Shown: positions 54,901 to 64,000 of the stretch, piece by piece | Layout: each line of letters opens with the position of its first letter | How positions within the stretch are numbered: the first letter of the stretch is position 1 | Source of the DNA: a virus | Lineage: Duplodnaviria > Caudoviricetes | Direction: 5' to 3' (one strand) | Length of the DNA stretch: 64,000 nucleotides | Virus record (IMG/VR): IMGVR_UViG_2814123293_000008 | Span: 12,264-76,263 of that record | The notes under the pieces: model-generated | Database searches by the model: none | Told to the model about the DNA's origin: nothing | What the model saw: only the letters and a program-made list of their open reading frames with translations | Made by a program: the position numbers and the translations under genes

Positions 54901-57900
54901 TTTACCCTGTTTGCAGAGAAAAAGGAGCCGGTATCACCGCAGGCTGTGCAGGAACCGAAGAAAGCCTACGATTTAGGATTCGGGCATCTGGGAAATGGGC
55001 TGACCGTTTGGAACCGGCTGGAAGAAGTGGATGGGGACTACCGCACGGTTGCCCATATTGCGCCGGATCGCACGGTGCAGATTTACGACGAGGAAATGCC
55101 CCAGGAGGTTCGGGACAGGATTCAGCAGGTGGCCGACACTTCGGAGATGACGGTTTCCACCACACAGAACGCGCCCGTATTCTCGGTGCCGCCCAGAGAG
55201 GAACCACCGCAAAAAGAAGAAACAGCCGACCTCTACCCTGTATTGGCCGCCCAGGTACTGCACCTCATGGGGGAATTTGACGGCTCCCGTATGGGCTACG
55301 GAGAGGACGATGCTCAGGCGGTGGAAAATATCGCCCAGCAGCTCCAAAATACAACACAGAGGCAGGAAATCCATGCGTTGCTGCAATCCTTCCTCGACCA
55401 TGCAGACCCGGAAGAAGAAATCGCGGCAGATGTTGCACTCTGCATTGAGCGAATCGAGGAGCTGCCCCAGCCCTTCACCCAAGATCAGGCCCTGTTGGAG
55501 CAGGCAAAAGAACTGATCGACCAGTTCTGCCAAGAAGAATATGATAGCTATGCCGATTTCAGCGATCTGGAGAAGGTAGGAATCGCCTATACCACGGTCA
55601 CAGACGAAGAAATTCCCATCCAGGTGAACGTGGATTTGGTGAATTACCGTGTAGAGCGGTATCTGGACGGACAGTTTTTGGAGCGCAGGCAGTATGAGAG
55701 TCTGGAGGCACTCATTCAAAACGAGTTGACAGACCTCGACTTTGACAACCTCACTGCTGTATCGGAAGATGAGATGGAATCCATCGGCGTGACCCAAGAC
55801 GATTATCGCCTGTTGAGCCGTCTGAAAGCGGATTGCGACTACTATCTGGGTGCTGGCGGACGTGCGGAAAAACACCTGTGGGCTGGAAGCGTAGAAGCGC
55901 AGATTACCAAAATGCGGGAACTGTACGACGCTTTGCCGGAAAAACCGGAATGGCTTACTGAGCAGGACATTGACCGCTACGAAAGCCAGATGACAGACGG
56001 CCCGGAGCTGTCACACCCCCCCAAAAAAGAACCGGTTCCGCTGGCTCCGAAACGGATTCGCCGTGAGCGCGTCACCTTTGCGCCTCTGCATCCTGAAATA
56101 CCACGAGAACAGCGCCATGATTTCCACATCACGGATGATGAGCTGGGTCACGGCACACCAGGCGAAAAGTTTGCCGCCAACGTCAGAGCCATCCGCTGCT
56201 TGAAACGGATCGAAGCGGAAGAACGCCTTGCCACACCGGAGGAACAGGAAATCCTTTCCCGCTATGTGGGATGGGGTGGGCTGCCGCAATGCTTTGAGGA
56301 AACACACAGCAAGTATGCGGAACTCAAATCCCTTTTGGATGAGGACGAGTATGCAGCAGCCAGAGCCAGTTCCCTCACCGCATTCTACACGCCACCTGTG
56401 GTCATTCGGGGGATTTACAAGGCGCTGGCGCAGATGGGTTTCCAGCAAGGCAACATCTTGGAACCGGCCTGCGGCACCGGCAATTTTATCGGTTTGCTTC
56501 CGGCTGATATGGCAGGCAGCAAAGCCTATGGCGTGGAGATTGACAGTATCAGCGGCAGAATTGCCCAGCAGCTCTATCAAAATGCCAGCATTTCCGTCAA
56601 TGGATTTGAAACGGTGCAGATGCCGGACAGCTTTTTTGATGTAGCCATCGGCAACGTCCCCTTTGGGGATTTCAAGGTGGTAGACAGGCGGTACGACAAG
56701 CACCATTGGCTGATCCATGATTATTTCTTTGGGAAGGCCCTGGACAAAGTAAGACCCGGCGGCATTGTTGCGTTCATCACATCGAAAGGCACGATGGACA
56801 AAGAAAACTCGGCTGTTCGCCGCTATCTCGCCCAGCGCGCCGACCTGATCGGAGCCATTCGTTTACCTTACAACACATTCAAGCAGAATGCCGGAACGGA
56901 AGTCACCAGCGATATTCTGTTCCTGCAAAAAAGAGATCACATCACCGATCTGGAGCAGGATTGGGTGCAACTGGACACCGATGAAAATGGCATCCGCATG
57001 AACCGCTACTTTGTGCAGCACCCGGAAATGGTTCTGGGCGATATGGTGATGGAATCCACACGATTCGGAATGGACAGCGCCTGCAAAGCCCGCGAAGGTG
57101 CTGACCTGTCGGAGCAGCTTGCCGAGGCCATCCAGTTTCTTCAGGCCGAGATCAAGCCCTATGAACAGGAAGAACCGGACGAGGAGGAAGATCGTTCCAT
57201 CCCCGCAGACCCTACTGTTCGGAATTTCAGCTACACGATTGTGGACGGTCAGGTGTACTACCGTGAAAACAGCCTCATGTACCCGATGGAGGTTTCTGTT
57301 ACAGCGGAAAACCGTATCCGGGGTATGATCGAGCTGCGGGAATGTGTCCGCAGACTGATTGAGTATCAAACCGAAGGATACCCGGACGAGGACATCCAGG
57401 CGGAGCAGAAAAAGCTGAACTCCCTCTATGACAGCTTTACGGCCAAATATGGGCTTATCAGCAGCCGAGGCAACAAACTGGCCTTTTCCGAGGACTCCAG
57501 CTACTGCCTCTTGTGTTCGCTGGAGGTGCTGGATGAGCAAGGCAACCTAAAAAGAAAAGCCGATATGTTCTCCAAGCGCACCATCCGCCCTCATGTGGCC
57601 GTCACCAGCGTGGATACTGCCAGCGAAGCATTGGCGGTGTCTATCTCTGAAAAAGCCTGCGTGGATATGGACTATATGGCCGAGCTGTCCGGCAAATCCC
57701 CGGAGGAACTGGAGAGCGAGCTTGCCGGCGTGATCTTCCGCAATATTGAAGGCCCGGAAAGCCCGGATGAACTGCGGGGAAATCCCCTCAGCCTGCAAGC
57801 CTTTTCCCTTGTGACGGCGGACGAGTACCTTTCAGGGAATGTGCGCCGGAAATTGCGGATGGCAAAAGCCTTTTTGGAAACTGCCTCAGACAGCCAGAAG

Positions 57901-60900
57901 GAAGCGGCCCGCAGGCAGGTAGAGGCGCTGGAAGCGGTACAGCCCGCAGATTTGGGCGCTGGGGAAATCGGCGTCCGCATCGGTGCCAACTGGGTGCCTA
58001 TCGACATCTACCAGCAGTTCATGGTGGAGCTGCTTACCCCTGGATATTACGCCCAGAACCGCATCAAAATCCTTCGCTCTGAAGTTACCGGCCAGTGGGC
58101 CATCACGGAAAAGAACTCTGACCGAGGCAATGTAAAGGTACTCACCACCTACGGCACCAAGCGCATGAGCGCCTATCACATCCTGGAGCAGACCTTGAAT
58201 CAGAAGGATGTGCGGGTATTCTACTATATCGAGGATGAAAACGGCAATAAAAAAGCTGTCCTCAACAAGAAGGAAACCGCCATTGCCCAGGACAGGCAGG
58301 AACTCATCAAGCAGAAATTCTCGGAGTGGATATGGCGGGACATTGACCGCAGAGAACGCCTGTGCCACATCTACAACGAAACCTTCAACAGCATCCGTCC
58401 CCGTGAATATGACGGACGGCATATTCGCTTTGAGGGGATGAACCCGGAAATCTCCCTGCGGCCCCATCAAATCAATGCAATCGCGCACATTTTGTACGGT
58501 GGAAACACCTTGCTTGCCCACGAAGTGGGGGCCGGGAAAACGTATGAGATGGTTGCGGCGGCAATGGAAATGAAGCGGCTGGGGCTTTGTACCAAGTCGC
58601 TGATTGTGGTTCCCAACCACATCACAGAGCAATGGGCGGCTGAATTTTTGCAGCTCTATCCCAGCGCCAATATCTTAGTTGCCACAAAGAAGGACTTTGA
58701 GAAGCAGAACCGGAAGAAGTTTTGCAGCCGTATCTCCACCGGGGATTATGACGCCATCATCATCGGCCACTCGCAGTTTGAAAAAATCCCCATGAGCGCC
58801 GAGCGCCAGCAGGCCATTCTCCAGCAGCAGATCGACGAGATTCTGTTCGGCATTGAACAGGCCAAGTCACAAAAAGCGGAACGCTACACCATCAAACAGA
58901 TGGAGCGCACCCGTAAATCTCTGGAGGCGAAACTGGCGAAACTCAACGACCAAAGCCGGAAAGACGATGTTGTGACATTTGAGGAATTGGGTGTTGACCG
59001 CATCTTCATTGATGAGAGCCATTATTTTAAGAACCTCTTTTTGATGACGAAAATGCGGAATGTGGGCGGCATCGCCCAGACCGAGGCGCAGAAAAGTTCT
59101 GACCTCTTTATGAAGTGTCAGTATCTGGACGAGCTGACCGGCGGGCGCGGTGTGATCTTTGCCACCGGCACCCCTATATCAAACTCTATGGTGGAGCTTT
59201 ACACCATCCAGCGGTACTTGCAGTACCGCACCTTGCAGGAAATGGGCCTGATCCACTTCGACGATTGGGCGTCCAACTTTGGAGAAACTGTCACAGCCAT
59301 TGAGCTGTCGCCGGAAGGCAGCGGCTACCGCGCCAAGACCCGGTTCGCAAAGTTTTACAACTTACCGGAACTTATGAGCGTATTCAAACAGGTAGCCGAT
59401 ATTCAGACGGCAGATATGCTGCATCTTCCCGTACCAAAAGCCAATTTCCACACCGAGGTTATCAAGCCTTCGGAAATCCAACAGGAGATGATAAAAGGGC
59501 TGGCGGAACGGGCGGAAAAAATCCGTGGCGGCGGCGTCGATCCCCATGTGGACAATATGCTCCGCATCACAAATGACGGCAGAAAGTTGGCTCTGGATAT
59601 GCGGCTCATCCAACCGCTTGCCCCGGATGACCCGGACGGCAAGGTAGCTGTCTGCGCCCGCAATATTTACCGCATCTGGGAACAGACGAAAGAGAATCGC
59701 TCTGCGCAGCTTGTGTTCTGCGACCTGTCCACACCCGAAAAGCGTAGACCCATAGAAATGACGGTTGATAATGAGGGAACAGCCCACATGGCGGATTTCC
59801 AAAATGTTTACGATGATTTGTTAAAAAAGCTGATCGACCTGGGGATTTCGTGGGAAGAGATTGCTTTTATCCATGATGCAGATTCCGAGGCAAAGAAGAA
59901 AGAGCTGTTTGCGAAGGTGCGCGCCGGTCAGGTGCGTGTTCTTATGGGCAGCACACAGAAAATGGGGGCTGGAACCAATGTTCAGGACAGGCTCATTGCC
60001 CTGCACGATCTGGATTGCCCTTGGAGGCCAAGCGACCTTCAGCAGCGGCTTGGAAGAATTGTCCGTCAGGGCAACGAAAATGAGGAGGTGGAGATTTTCC
60101 GCTATGTAACAGAGGGAACATTCGACGCTTATCTATACCAGCTTGTAGAGAACAAGCAAAAATTTATCGCTCAAATCATGACCAGCAAAGCCCCTGTCCG
60201 CGTGGCGGATGATGTGGATGAAACCGCCCTGAGCTATTCCGAGATCAAGGCGCTTGCCACCGGCAATCCCCTTATTATCGAAAAATGCAATCTGGATATG
60301 GAGGTAGCAAGGTTGAATATGCTCAAGGCCAGCCACTTGAATCAGGTGTATTCTTTGGAAGAACTGGTACACCGCAAATATCCGGCAGAGATCACCCGAT
60401 TGACAGAGAGAATTGCGGGCTATGAAAGAGATGTGGAGCTGGCGAAAGCCCATCCGAAAGCGCAGGAGGGATTCTGCGGCATGGAGGTGGACGGCAAACA
60501 CTACACCGAAAAAGAGGATGCAGGAAAGGCGATCATCGACGTCTGCACAAAGATGACCGGCTCCGATGCTGTCCTTTTGGGGCAGTACCGGGGCTTCTCT
60601 ATGGTGCTGGCCTATGACGGGATGAGCAACGAGTACCGCATCACTCTGAAAGGCACCCTATCCCATACGGTGACGCTGGGCGCGGATGTGTTCGGCAACA
60701 TCACCCGTCTGGACAACGCGCTGGAGAATCTGTCAGGAAACCTTGACGCGGAACGGGCCAAGCTGGAAGAAGCCAAGGTACAGCTTGAAAATGCCCGCAC
60801 CGAACTGGCTACACCGTTTGCCCGCGAGGAGGAGCTGGCCGAGAAAACCGCACGTTTGAAAGAACTGAACATCCTGCTTAATATGGATGAGAAAGACAAA

Positions 60901-60972
60901 ACGCTGATCGATGAGGCTCCCGATGAGGGTGAGGAACCGCCCATGCGAAAAGTTGTAGGTCTGGAGCGATAA
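51952..60972 (+). CDS. Large N6-methyltransferase / SNF2 helicase fusion (DarB-like)
   Basis: LEPACGTGNF, IGNVPF, LAHEVGAGKT, IDESHYFKN, ATGTP, QRLGRIVRQGN motifs; LPD11-like segment. Confidence 0.95.
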   Translation: MAIRYKALTELYQETQRKVTAPAEWQQFLTSACRNYRLSFDEQLLVYAQRPDATAVLEIERWNKRFGRWVNRGANGIAVFDGEHSGKQRLKYYFDVSDTHEGRFSRPVPLWTVRSEYAPDIIEALENSFGELEQKDNLGAALLSAAKNAVEDNIHDYLSELSHLTEGSFLEELDEYNVEVMYRRALQTSIGYMLVVRCGLDPSEYFEDDDFRDVLNFNTPETLNALGVAAGDISQMCLSEIARTTLALQRQPQKENRTFETAQENQYPVTEQKIKQPERSIEYDRDHIQQTGQLQPAESSAPAGAGSGSWEIRITSPEVPEGESQDHLHQSADQRQAERPSGRDRADGTLPDGSDGGADGQNRGRDGGTESPRSDEVGATHEQPSERSGGNDPHGADLQLSDTEQADSQELPAFLDEAQIMAVIANKDDNLKYKKQQIELFFSVHTDQRERADYLKSAYQDRYTEIIADGQRLGYKPQEDGLLMWEGSYLSRTKESVFSWDLVAGWTAQLIDKKEYFIQTDIRQLPTQESQQMSLFDFPSFGSSTPSEGEPQRSLFSRPALSQQVIDEALCIGANDQNSRLIICAYFKKDKPLEDNTRFLMEHYGENGAGFYLDSRKYSIWYNTEGIHVAEGETAQRTAATLIPWEQAAKRIRELLDLGRYMPQSELDRVDGYERQQRAAQLWYLRQDFAEGTANAGFLPTINAIYSRHKGFPDESAAIEELLNSPDTLQTVRDELEGFIKAYEYDKELLRFRFHRPQKLLEQISDLQREPLHFTAAEGYDPQRRFFISGDEIDNLLRGGKRSTDYRLAVYSFYRNHSDRKEREDFLKHYHGEYSGYSSGNDDVTYQLSKGVHFSHGSMTEPYAKVELKWNAVEKRVSAMIAQGRFLSDEDRAAMPQYEKHQLAQNIRAFFENVPQEQAHPYPYGFDYWDAVKLIEPQLDDPARVEEIYQMMVPVWEATPQDDRMYALRQRAFENLTAYRQGTFTLFAEKKEPVSPQAVQEPKKAYDLGFGHLGNGLTVWNRLEEVDGDYRTVAHIAPDRTVQIYDEEMPQEVRDRIQQVADTSEMTVSTTQNAPVFSVPPREEPPQKEETADLYPVLAAQVLHLMGEFDGSRMGYGEDDAQAVENIAQQLQNTTQRQEIHALLQSFLDHADPEEEIAADVALCIERIEELPQPFTQDQALLEQAKELIDQFCQEEYDSYADFSDLEKVGIAYTTVTDEEIPIQVNVDLVNYRVERYLDGQFLERRQYESLEALIQNELTDLDFDNLTAVSEDEMESIGVTQDDYRLLSRLKADCDYYLGAGGRAEKHLWAGSVEAQITKMRELYDALPEKPEWLTEQDIDRYESQMTDGPELSHPPKKEPVPLAPKRIRRERVTFAPLHPEIPREQRHDFHITDDELGHGTPGEKFAANVRAIRCLKRIEAEERLATPEEQEILSRYVGWGGLPQCFEETHSKYAELKSLLDEDEYAAARASSLTAFYTPPVVIRGIYKALAQMGFQQGNILEPACGTGNFIGLLPADMAGSKAYGVEIDSISGRIAQQLYQNASISVNGFETVQMPDSFFDVAIGNVPFGDFKVVDRRYDKHHWLIHDYFFGKALDKVRPGGIVAFITSKGTMDKENSAVRRYLAQRADLIGAIRLPYNTFKQNAGTEVTSDILFLQKRDHITDLEQDWVQLDTDENGIRMNRYFVQHPEMVLGDMVMESTRFGMDSACKAREGADLSEQLAEAIQFLQAEIKPYEQEEPDEEEDRSIPADPTVRNFSYTIVDGQVYYRENSLMYPMEVSVTAENRIRGMIELRECVRRLIEYQTEGYPDEDIQAEQKKLNSLYDSFTAKYGLISSRGNKLAFSEDSSYCLLCSLEVLDEQGNLKRKADMFSKRTIRPHVAVTSVDTASEALAVSISEKACVDMDYMAELSGKSPEELESELAGVIFRNIEGPESPDELRGNPLSLQAFSLVTADEYLSGNVRRKLRMAKAFLETASDSQKEAARRQVEALEAVQPADLGAGEIGVRIGANWVPIDIYQQFMVELLTPGYYAQNRIKILRSEVTGQWAITEKNSDRGNVKVLTTYGTKRMSAYHILEQTLNQKDVRVFYYIEDENGNKKAVLNKKETAIAQDRQELIKQKFSEWIWRDIDRRERLCHIYNETFNSIRPREYDGRHIRFEGMNPEISLRPHQINAIAHILYGGNTLLAHEVGAGKTYEMVAAAMEMKRLGLCTKSLIVVPNHITEQWAAEFLQLYPSANILVATKKDFEKQNRKKFCSRISTGDYDAIIIGHSQFEKIPMSAERQQAILQQQIDEILFGIEQAKSQKAERYTIKQMERTRKSLEAKLAKLNDQSRKDDVVTFEELGVDRIFIDESHYFKNLFLMTKMRNVGGIAQTEAQKSSDLFMKCQYLDELTGGRGVIFATGTPISNSMVELYTIQRYLQYRTLQEMGLIHFDDWASNFGETVTAIELSPEGSGYRAKTRFAKFYNLPELMSVFKQVADIQTADMLHLPVPKANFHTEVIKPSEIQQEMIKGLAERAEKIRGGGVDPHVDNMLRITNDGRKLALDMRLIQPLAPDDPDGKVAVCARNIYRIWEQTKENRSAQLVFCDLSTPEKRRPIEMTVDNEGTAHMADFQNVYDDLLKKLIDLGISWEEIAFIHDADSEAKKKELFAKVRAGQVRVLMGSTQKMGAGTNVQDRLIALHDLDCPWRPSDLQQRLGRIVRQGNENEEVEIFRYVTEGTFDAYLYQLVENKQKFIAQIMTSKAPVRVADDVDETALSYSEIKALATGNPLIIEKCNLDMEVARLNMLKASHLNQVYSLEELVHRKYPAEITRLTERIAGYERDVELAKAHPKAQEGFCGMEVDGKHYTEKEDAGKAIIDVCTKMTGSDAVLLGQYRGFSMVLAYDGMSNEYRITLKGTLSHTVTLGADVFGNITRLDNALENLSGNLDAERAKLEEAKVQLENARTELATPFAREEELAEKTARLKELNILLNMDEKDKTLIDEAPDEGEEPPMRKVVGLER
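52799..53152 (+). CDS. tnpV: TnpV-like protein nested in the +1 frame of the helicase gene
   Basis: YSRQGSYNLPNL...GKYALLR..FLKE...LLTSGKL...EGVTEELKA.DPMKWVQLMNN.R..AEE; AAGGAG SD 8 nt before ATG 52799. Confidence 0.75.
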   Translation: MTEITYSRQGSYNLPNLLPPQEPEVALGKYALLRRKFLKENRRITYTNLLTSGKLNGHLAEIEQTALSRMDQMVAQMAKTEGVTEELKARDPMKWVQLMNNLRNAAEETILTELIYS

Positions 60973-60983
60973 GCTCATCCCCG

Positions 60984-61012
60984 GCACCGATTGGAACTGT
61001 TCCAATCGGTGC
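60984..61012. repeat. Perfect 14-bp inverted repeat after the helicase stop
   Basis: GCACCGATTGGAAC-T-GTTCCAATCGGTGC. Confidence 0.8.
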
Positions 61013-61102
61013 ATACATAAAGAAAGCCCCCTTACATAGCCGGTTCCCACAGGAATAATCTTTGGCTATATAAGGAGGGTGTTTTATGATGCTGTTGTTG
61101 TT

Positions 61103-61471
61103 TTAGTGGATTTTTCTATCTGCCGTGCGGAGGTTTGCATCCCGGCGCAGGGTATCTTTCAAAGAACCGATCATATCTTTGATGATACGGATTTCATACT
61201 CGTCGCAATCTTCCAGCAACAGCGCAATATCCTTTTCAAACTGCACTTTTGCCATGACGATGTTGTCACAGAGAAGATCATCACCGGTGACAGACAGTGC
61301 ATTTGCAATACTGATAATCGTGTTCAGGCTAACGCGGGTGGTGCCGGTTTCAATGTTACTCAGATGTGTCGGAGAGATGTCAATGAGTTCGGCAAGGCGC
61401 TCCTGCGTTAAATCTGCCTTGATACGGGCAATCTTGATTCGTTTGCCGATTGCTTTATAATCAAGTTCCAT
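61103..61471 (-). CDS. XRE-family HTH regulator
   Basis: IGKRIKIARIKADLTQERLAELIDISPTHLSNIETG. Confidence 0.92.
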   Translation of the reverse strand: MELDYKAIGKRIKIARIKADLTQERLAELIDISPTHLSNIETGTTRVSLNTIISIANALSVTGDDLLCDNIVMAKVQFEKDIALLLEDCDEYEIRIIKDMIGSLKDTLRRDANLRTADRKIH

Positions 61472-61540
61472 ATCGCGCCCCCTTCGCTTCAATAATTTAC
61501 ACAATGATATTGTAACCACGGAGGGAACGCATTATAATAA

Positions 61541-61567
61541 CTTATATCCGTATACTACGGATATAAG
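61541..61567. promoter_or_regulatory. Palindromic operator between the divergent XRE and SLOG genes
   Basis: CTTATATCCGTA-TAC-TACGGATATAAG. Confidence 0.6.
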
Positions 61568-61587
61568 CCAAGAGTTTAAGAAAATAG

Positions 61588-62058
61588 GTGATATTTTTGA
61601 CTGTTTGTACCTTTGCTGGTCATCGGGAGGTGTTTTCCTCAACAGTTGAATCGGAGATAGATAAAGCACTGATTGAGATCATTGAGGCAGATAAAGAATG
61701 TGTTTTTTACTCTGGTGGAATGGGTGATTTCGATAAAAAGTGTGAATCTGCTGTGCGAGGGATGAAAAGAAAGTATCCAGAACGAAGTATTCGCCTTGTG
61801 CGGGTTCTCCCCTATCTGACCCATGAGATTAACCGTGACAAGGAATATTTTGAATCCTATTATGATGATATTGTGGTTCCGATGGAATTGATGGGTGTCC
61901 ATTACAAGGCGGCCATCAAGAAGCGGAACCGCTGGATGGTTGACCAAGCAGACAAAATACTGGCCTATATTTATCGTGATTTCGGAGGTGCCTTTGACAC
62001 CATAAAATATGCTTACCGCATGGGGAAGCCGGTTCTGAACTTTGCAGTGAAAGAATGA
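61588..62058 (+). CDS. SLOG-superfamily (YpsA/DUF1273-like) protein
   Basis: CTFAGHR, SGGMGDFD, KRNRWMVDQAD, GGAFDTIKYA motifs. Confidence 0.75.
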   Translation: MIFLTVCTFAGHREVFSSTVESEIDKALIEIIEADKECVFYSGGMGDFDKKCESAVRGMKRKYPERSIRLVRVLPYLTHEINRDKEYFESYYDDIVVPMELMGVHYKAAIKKRNRWMVDQADKILAYIYRDFGGAFDTIKYAYRMGKPVLNFAVKE

Positions 62059-62127
62059 AATCGCACATTTGATATTATTTTTGTGGGTGGGTATAGTATA
62101 ATAAAAATGGAAACGAGGTGAACTCGA

Positions 62128-62460
62128 ATGAGCGATCAATATACTCCGATGATTGAGCGCATCTCAGAAGAATACGATGAGAGCGACAGTAATATGGTTC
62201 TTGAGCTGGCCGCCACCAATCAGGAATATGCTGACCTCAAACAGCAAATGAGCGAACTGAAACACCAGTACCCTTTCATCGAGAAGCTGCTGGAGGGGGA
62301 CGGCGAAGTACAGCTTACTGATCAGGAACATGAAATTTTGAATCAGTATTTCCGGCTGTATTTGCGGGCCGACAACATGGAGCGCAAGCATATCTACTTC
62401 CGAGGCCACACGGATTGTTTTTCCTATCTGGAGAAAATTGGGGCATTCAAAAAAGAATAA
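62128..62460 (+). CDS. Hypothetical protein (DUF6664-like)
   Basis: YFRGHTDCFSYL C-terminus; followed by terminator AAAGCCGATTGGA-GAAA-TCCAGTCGGCTTTTTT. Confidence 0.7.
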   Translation: MSDQYTPMIERISEEYDESDSNMVLELAATNQEYADLKQQMSELKHQYPFIEKLLEGDGEVQLTDQEHEILNQYFRLYLRADNMERKHIYFRGHTDCFSYLEKIGAFKKE

Positions 62461-62585
62461 TCAATATGGAAACAGCAAAGCCGATTGGAGAAATCCAGTC
62501 GGCTTTTTTCATACAAGCCCCCTTTACATAGTCAGCTATCCCAATCGGACAGCAAATCTACGGCTATGGAAAGGGGGCTATTTTT

Positions 62586-63557
62586 ATGCCTTACTACGAC
62601 TCGGAAGCGATTGAACGGGCGCGGCAGGTGGACTTGCTCACCTATCTACAAACCTGTGAACCGCAAGAACTTGTCCATGTGTCTGGCAATGTCTACTGCA
62701 CCAAGACCCATGACAGCCTGCGGATTTCCAACGGCAAGTGGTGCTGGTTCTCTCGTGGGATCGGCGGATACAGCGCCCTGGACTATCTTATCAAGGTCAA
62801 TGGCTATTCGTTTATGGACGCAATGGAAACCATCACCGGCAGGGCGGCAATCAGGCCGCCTTCTTTTGTGCCTGCGCCTAAAGAGGAAAAACCCAAGCAT
62901 CTGCTTCTGCCGCAGGCCGCGCCGGATAACCGGGCTATGGTGGACTACCTCAAAAAAAGAGGGATCGACCAAGAGGTGATCGACTACTGCATCCAGACCG
63001 GGCGGCTCTATGAGAGCCGGAACAAGGGCCACAGCAATGTTGTTTTCGTAGGTTTTGACAAAGATGGCAAGGCGCGGTTCGGCTGTCTGCGCGGGATCGG
63101 TGAAGGACGTTTCCACGGTGATCTGAGTGGCAGCGATAAACACTATTCCTTTGCCCTGCCCGCCTGCGTGGAGAATCCGGCGATACACCTGTGTGAATCC
63201 GCCATTGATGTCATGTCCTATGCGACCCTCTGCAAGCTGGACGGTATCGACTGGAGGCGGCACAATCTGTTGTCCCTGGCGGGAATTTACCAACCGAAAA
63301 AGGTGCTGGCAGAAAGCAAGCTACCCGTTGCCCTCATCCGGTTTCTGGAGGATCACCCATCCGTGAAAACCATCTATCTGCATCTGGACAATGACGGCCC
63401 CGGCAGGCTGGCAACAAAGGCAATCATGGCGGTCATTCCCAAAGAATACGAGGTCAAAAACCGCCCGCCGCCCACCGGCAAGGACGTGAACGACACCCTT
63501 TGTCACCGGCTGGGAATTCCCATTCGGTGCAGCAACGGAAAGGAGCATGAACGATGA
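62586..63557 (+). CDS. DUF3991 and Toprim domain protein
   Basis: HDSL, GKWCW, YLKKRGI, ESAIDVMS, LDNDGPG, KDVND motifs. Confidence 0.9.
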   Translation: MPYYDSEAIERARQVDLLTYLQTCEPQELVHVSGNVYCTKTHDSLRISNGKWCWFSRGIGGYSALDYLIKVNGYSFMDAMETITGRAAIRPPSFVPAPKEEKPKHLLLPQAAPDNRAMVDYLKKRGIDQEVIDYCIQTGRLYESRNKGHSNVVFVGFDKDGKARFGCLRGIGEGRFHGDLSGSDKHYSFALPACVENPAIHLCESAIDVMSYATLCKLDGIDWRRHNLLSLAGIYQPKKVLAESKLPVALIRFLEDHPSVKTIYLHLDNDGPGRLATKAIMAVIPKEYEVKNRPPPTGKDVNDTLCHRLGIPIRCSNGKEHER

Positions 63558-63745
63558 GAGAGTACGAAGTGACCATCACCGAAACGCTGGAAATGACCGT
63601 CACGGTGGAAGCGGAGAGCCGCGAGGAGGCGCAGCAGATCGCCTCGGACAACTGGAAGAACGGCGACTATATCCTGGACGCCGACCACTTCAAAGACGTG
63701 ACATTCCGCACCAAAGGCCGGAACCGTGACCGAGACGAGCGGTGA
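63554..63745 (+). CDS. DpnD/PcfM-like protein
   Basis: YEVTITETLEMTVTVEAES.EEA...YILDADHF. Confidence 0.75.
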   Translation: MREYEVTITETLEMTVTVEAESREEAQQIASDNWKNGDYILDADHFKDVTFRTKGRNRDRDER

Positions 63746-63768
63746 GATTTCTTTTTAGCTGTGAAGGA

Positions 63769-63856
63769 TTCCCCGCAGGGGAATGGAATGTGTATGTACC
63801 AGCAAGCATCGCCGTTTGGGGACAAACGGCAGCTTGTTAGGGGGAACGCCCCCTAA
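63769..63856. other. Candidate oriT (three short inverted repeats)
   Basis: TTCCCC-GCA-GGGGAA; GCCGTTTG-GGGA-CAAACGGC; TTAGGGGG-AACG-CCCCCTAA. Confidence 0.4.
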
Positions 63857-63883
63857 TCCCCCTTTTGCAGAATGGAGGTTTTC

Positions 63884-64000
63884 ATGGAAGGATTGTTTTT
63901 TGTCATCGGTTTTCTGCTGGGCAGCCTGAGCGGCGTCACCCTCATGTGCCTAGTGCAGATCAACCATATCAGGAAGGAGGATCACGATGAGCAATCGTAA
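63884..64000 (+). CDS. Small membrane protein (DUF3789-like)
   Basis: GGAGG SD; MEGLFFVIGFLLGSLSGVTLMCLVQINH... Confidence 0.65.
   Translation: MEGLFFVIGFLLGSLSGVTLMCLVQINHIRKEDHDEQS

Larger units (their letters stand above)
41150..64000 (+). mobile_element. Integrative conjugative element-like region (left part; T4SS, relaxase and integrase not in the window)
   Basis: parAB, TED adhesin, methylase-helicase, DUF3991/Toprim and PcfM-like genes; composition differs from the prophage. Confidence 0.85.

Noticed and set aside
1-64000. CRISPR array, diversity-generating retroelement, tRNA/rRNA, IS element
   Set aside because: No spaced repeats, reverse transcriptase, TR/VR pair, cloverleaf or transposase seen; a DGR could still lie with the tail-fibre genes outside the window

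Overview
The window holds two mobile elements in tandem at the displaced 3' end of rpsI (ribosomal protein S9), in a high-GC Clostridia/Oscillospiraceae-like genome (host assignment is inference). (1) Positions 1-41149 are most of a temperate prophage, mainly on the minus strand. It has a P2/Mu-like contractile tail, a lambda-like head (Nu1/gpA terminase, gpW, portal, ClpP protease with nested scaffold, gpD, gpE), replication/recombination genes, a cI/cro switch and a tyrosine integrase. The tail end and lysis genes lie left of the window. (2) Positions ~41150-64000 are the left part of an ICE-like element: parA/parB, a sortase-anchored thioester adhesin, leading-region genes, a 3006-aa methylase-SNF2 helicase, an XRE/SLOG cassette, a DUF3991-Toprim gene and a possible oriT. 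The strongest candidates for new biology are: a five-gene, translationally coupled late module just upstream of the terminase (DUR3-like Na+/solute symporter, two PP-loop PAPS-reductase-fold enzymes, two ParB-like proteins) with a structured leader; an unannotated antisense 51-aa peptide that mimics the C-terminal domain of the prophage repressor it overlaps; an iteron-like origin lying outside the initiator gene; and a TnpV-like gene overprinted inside the ICE helicase. Family names come from recalled motifs; no database searches were run.
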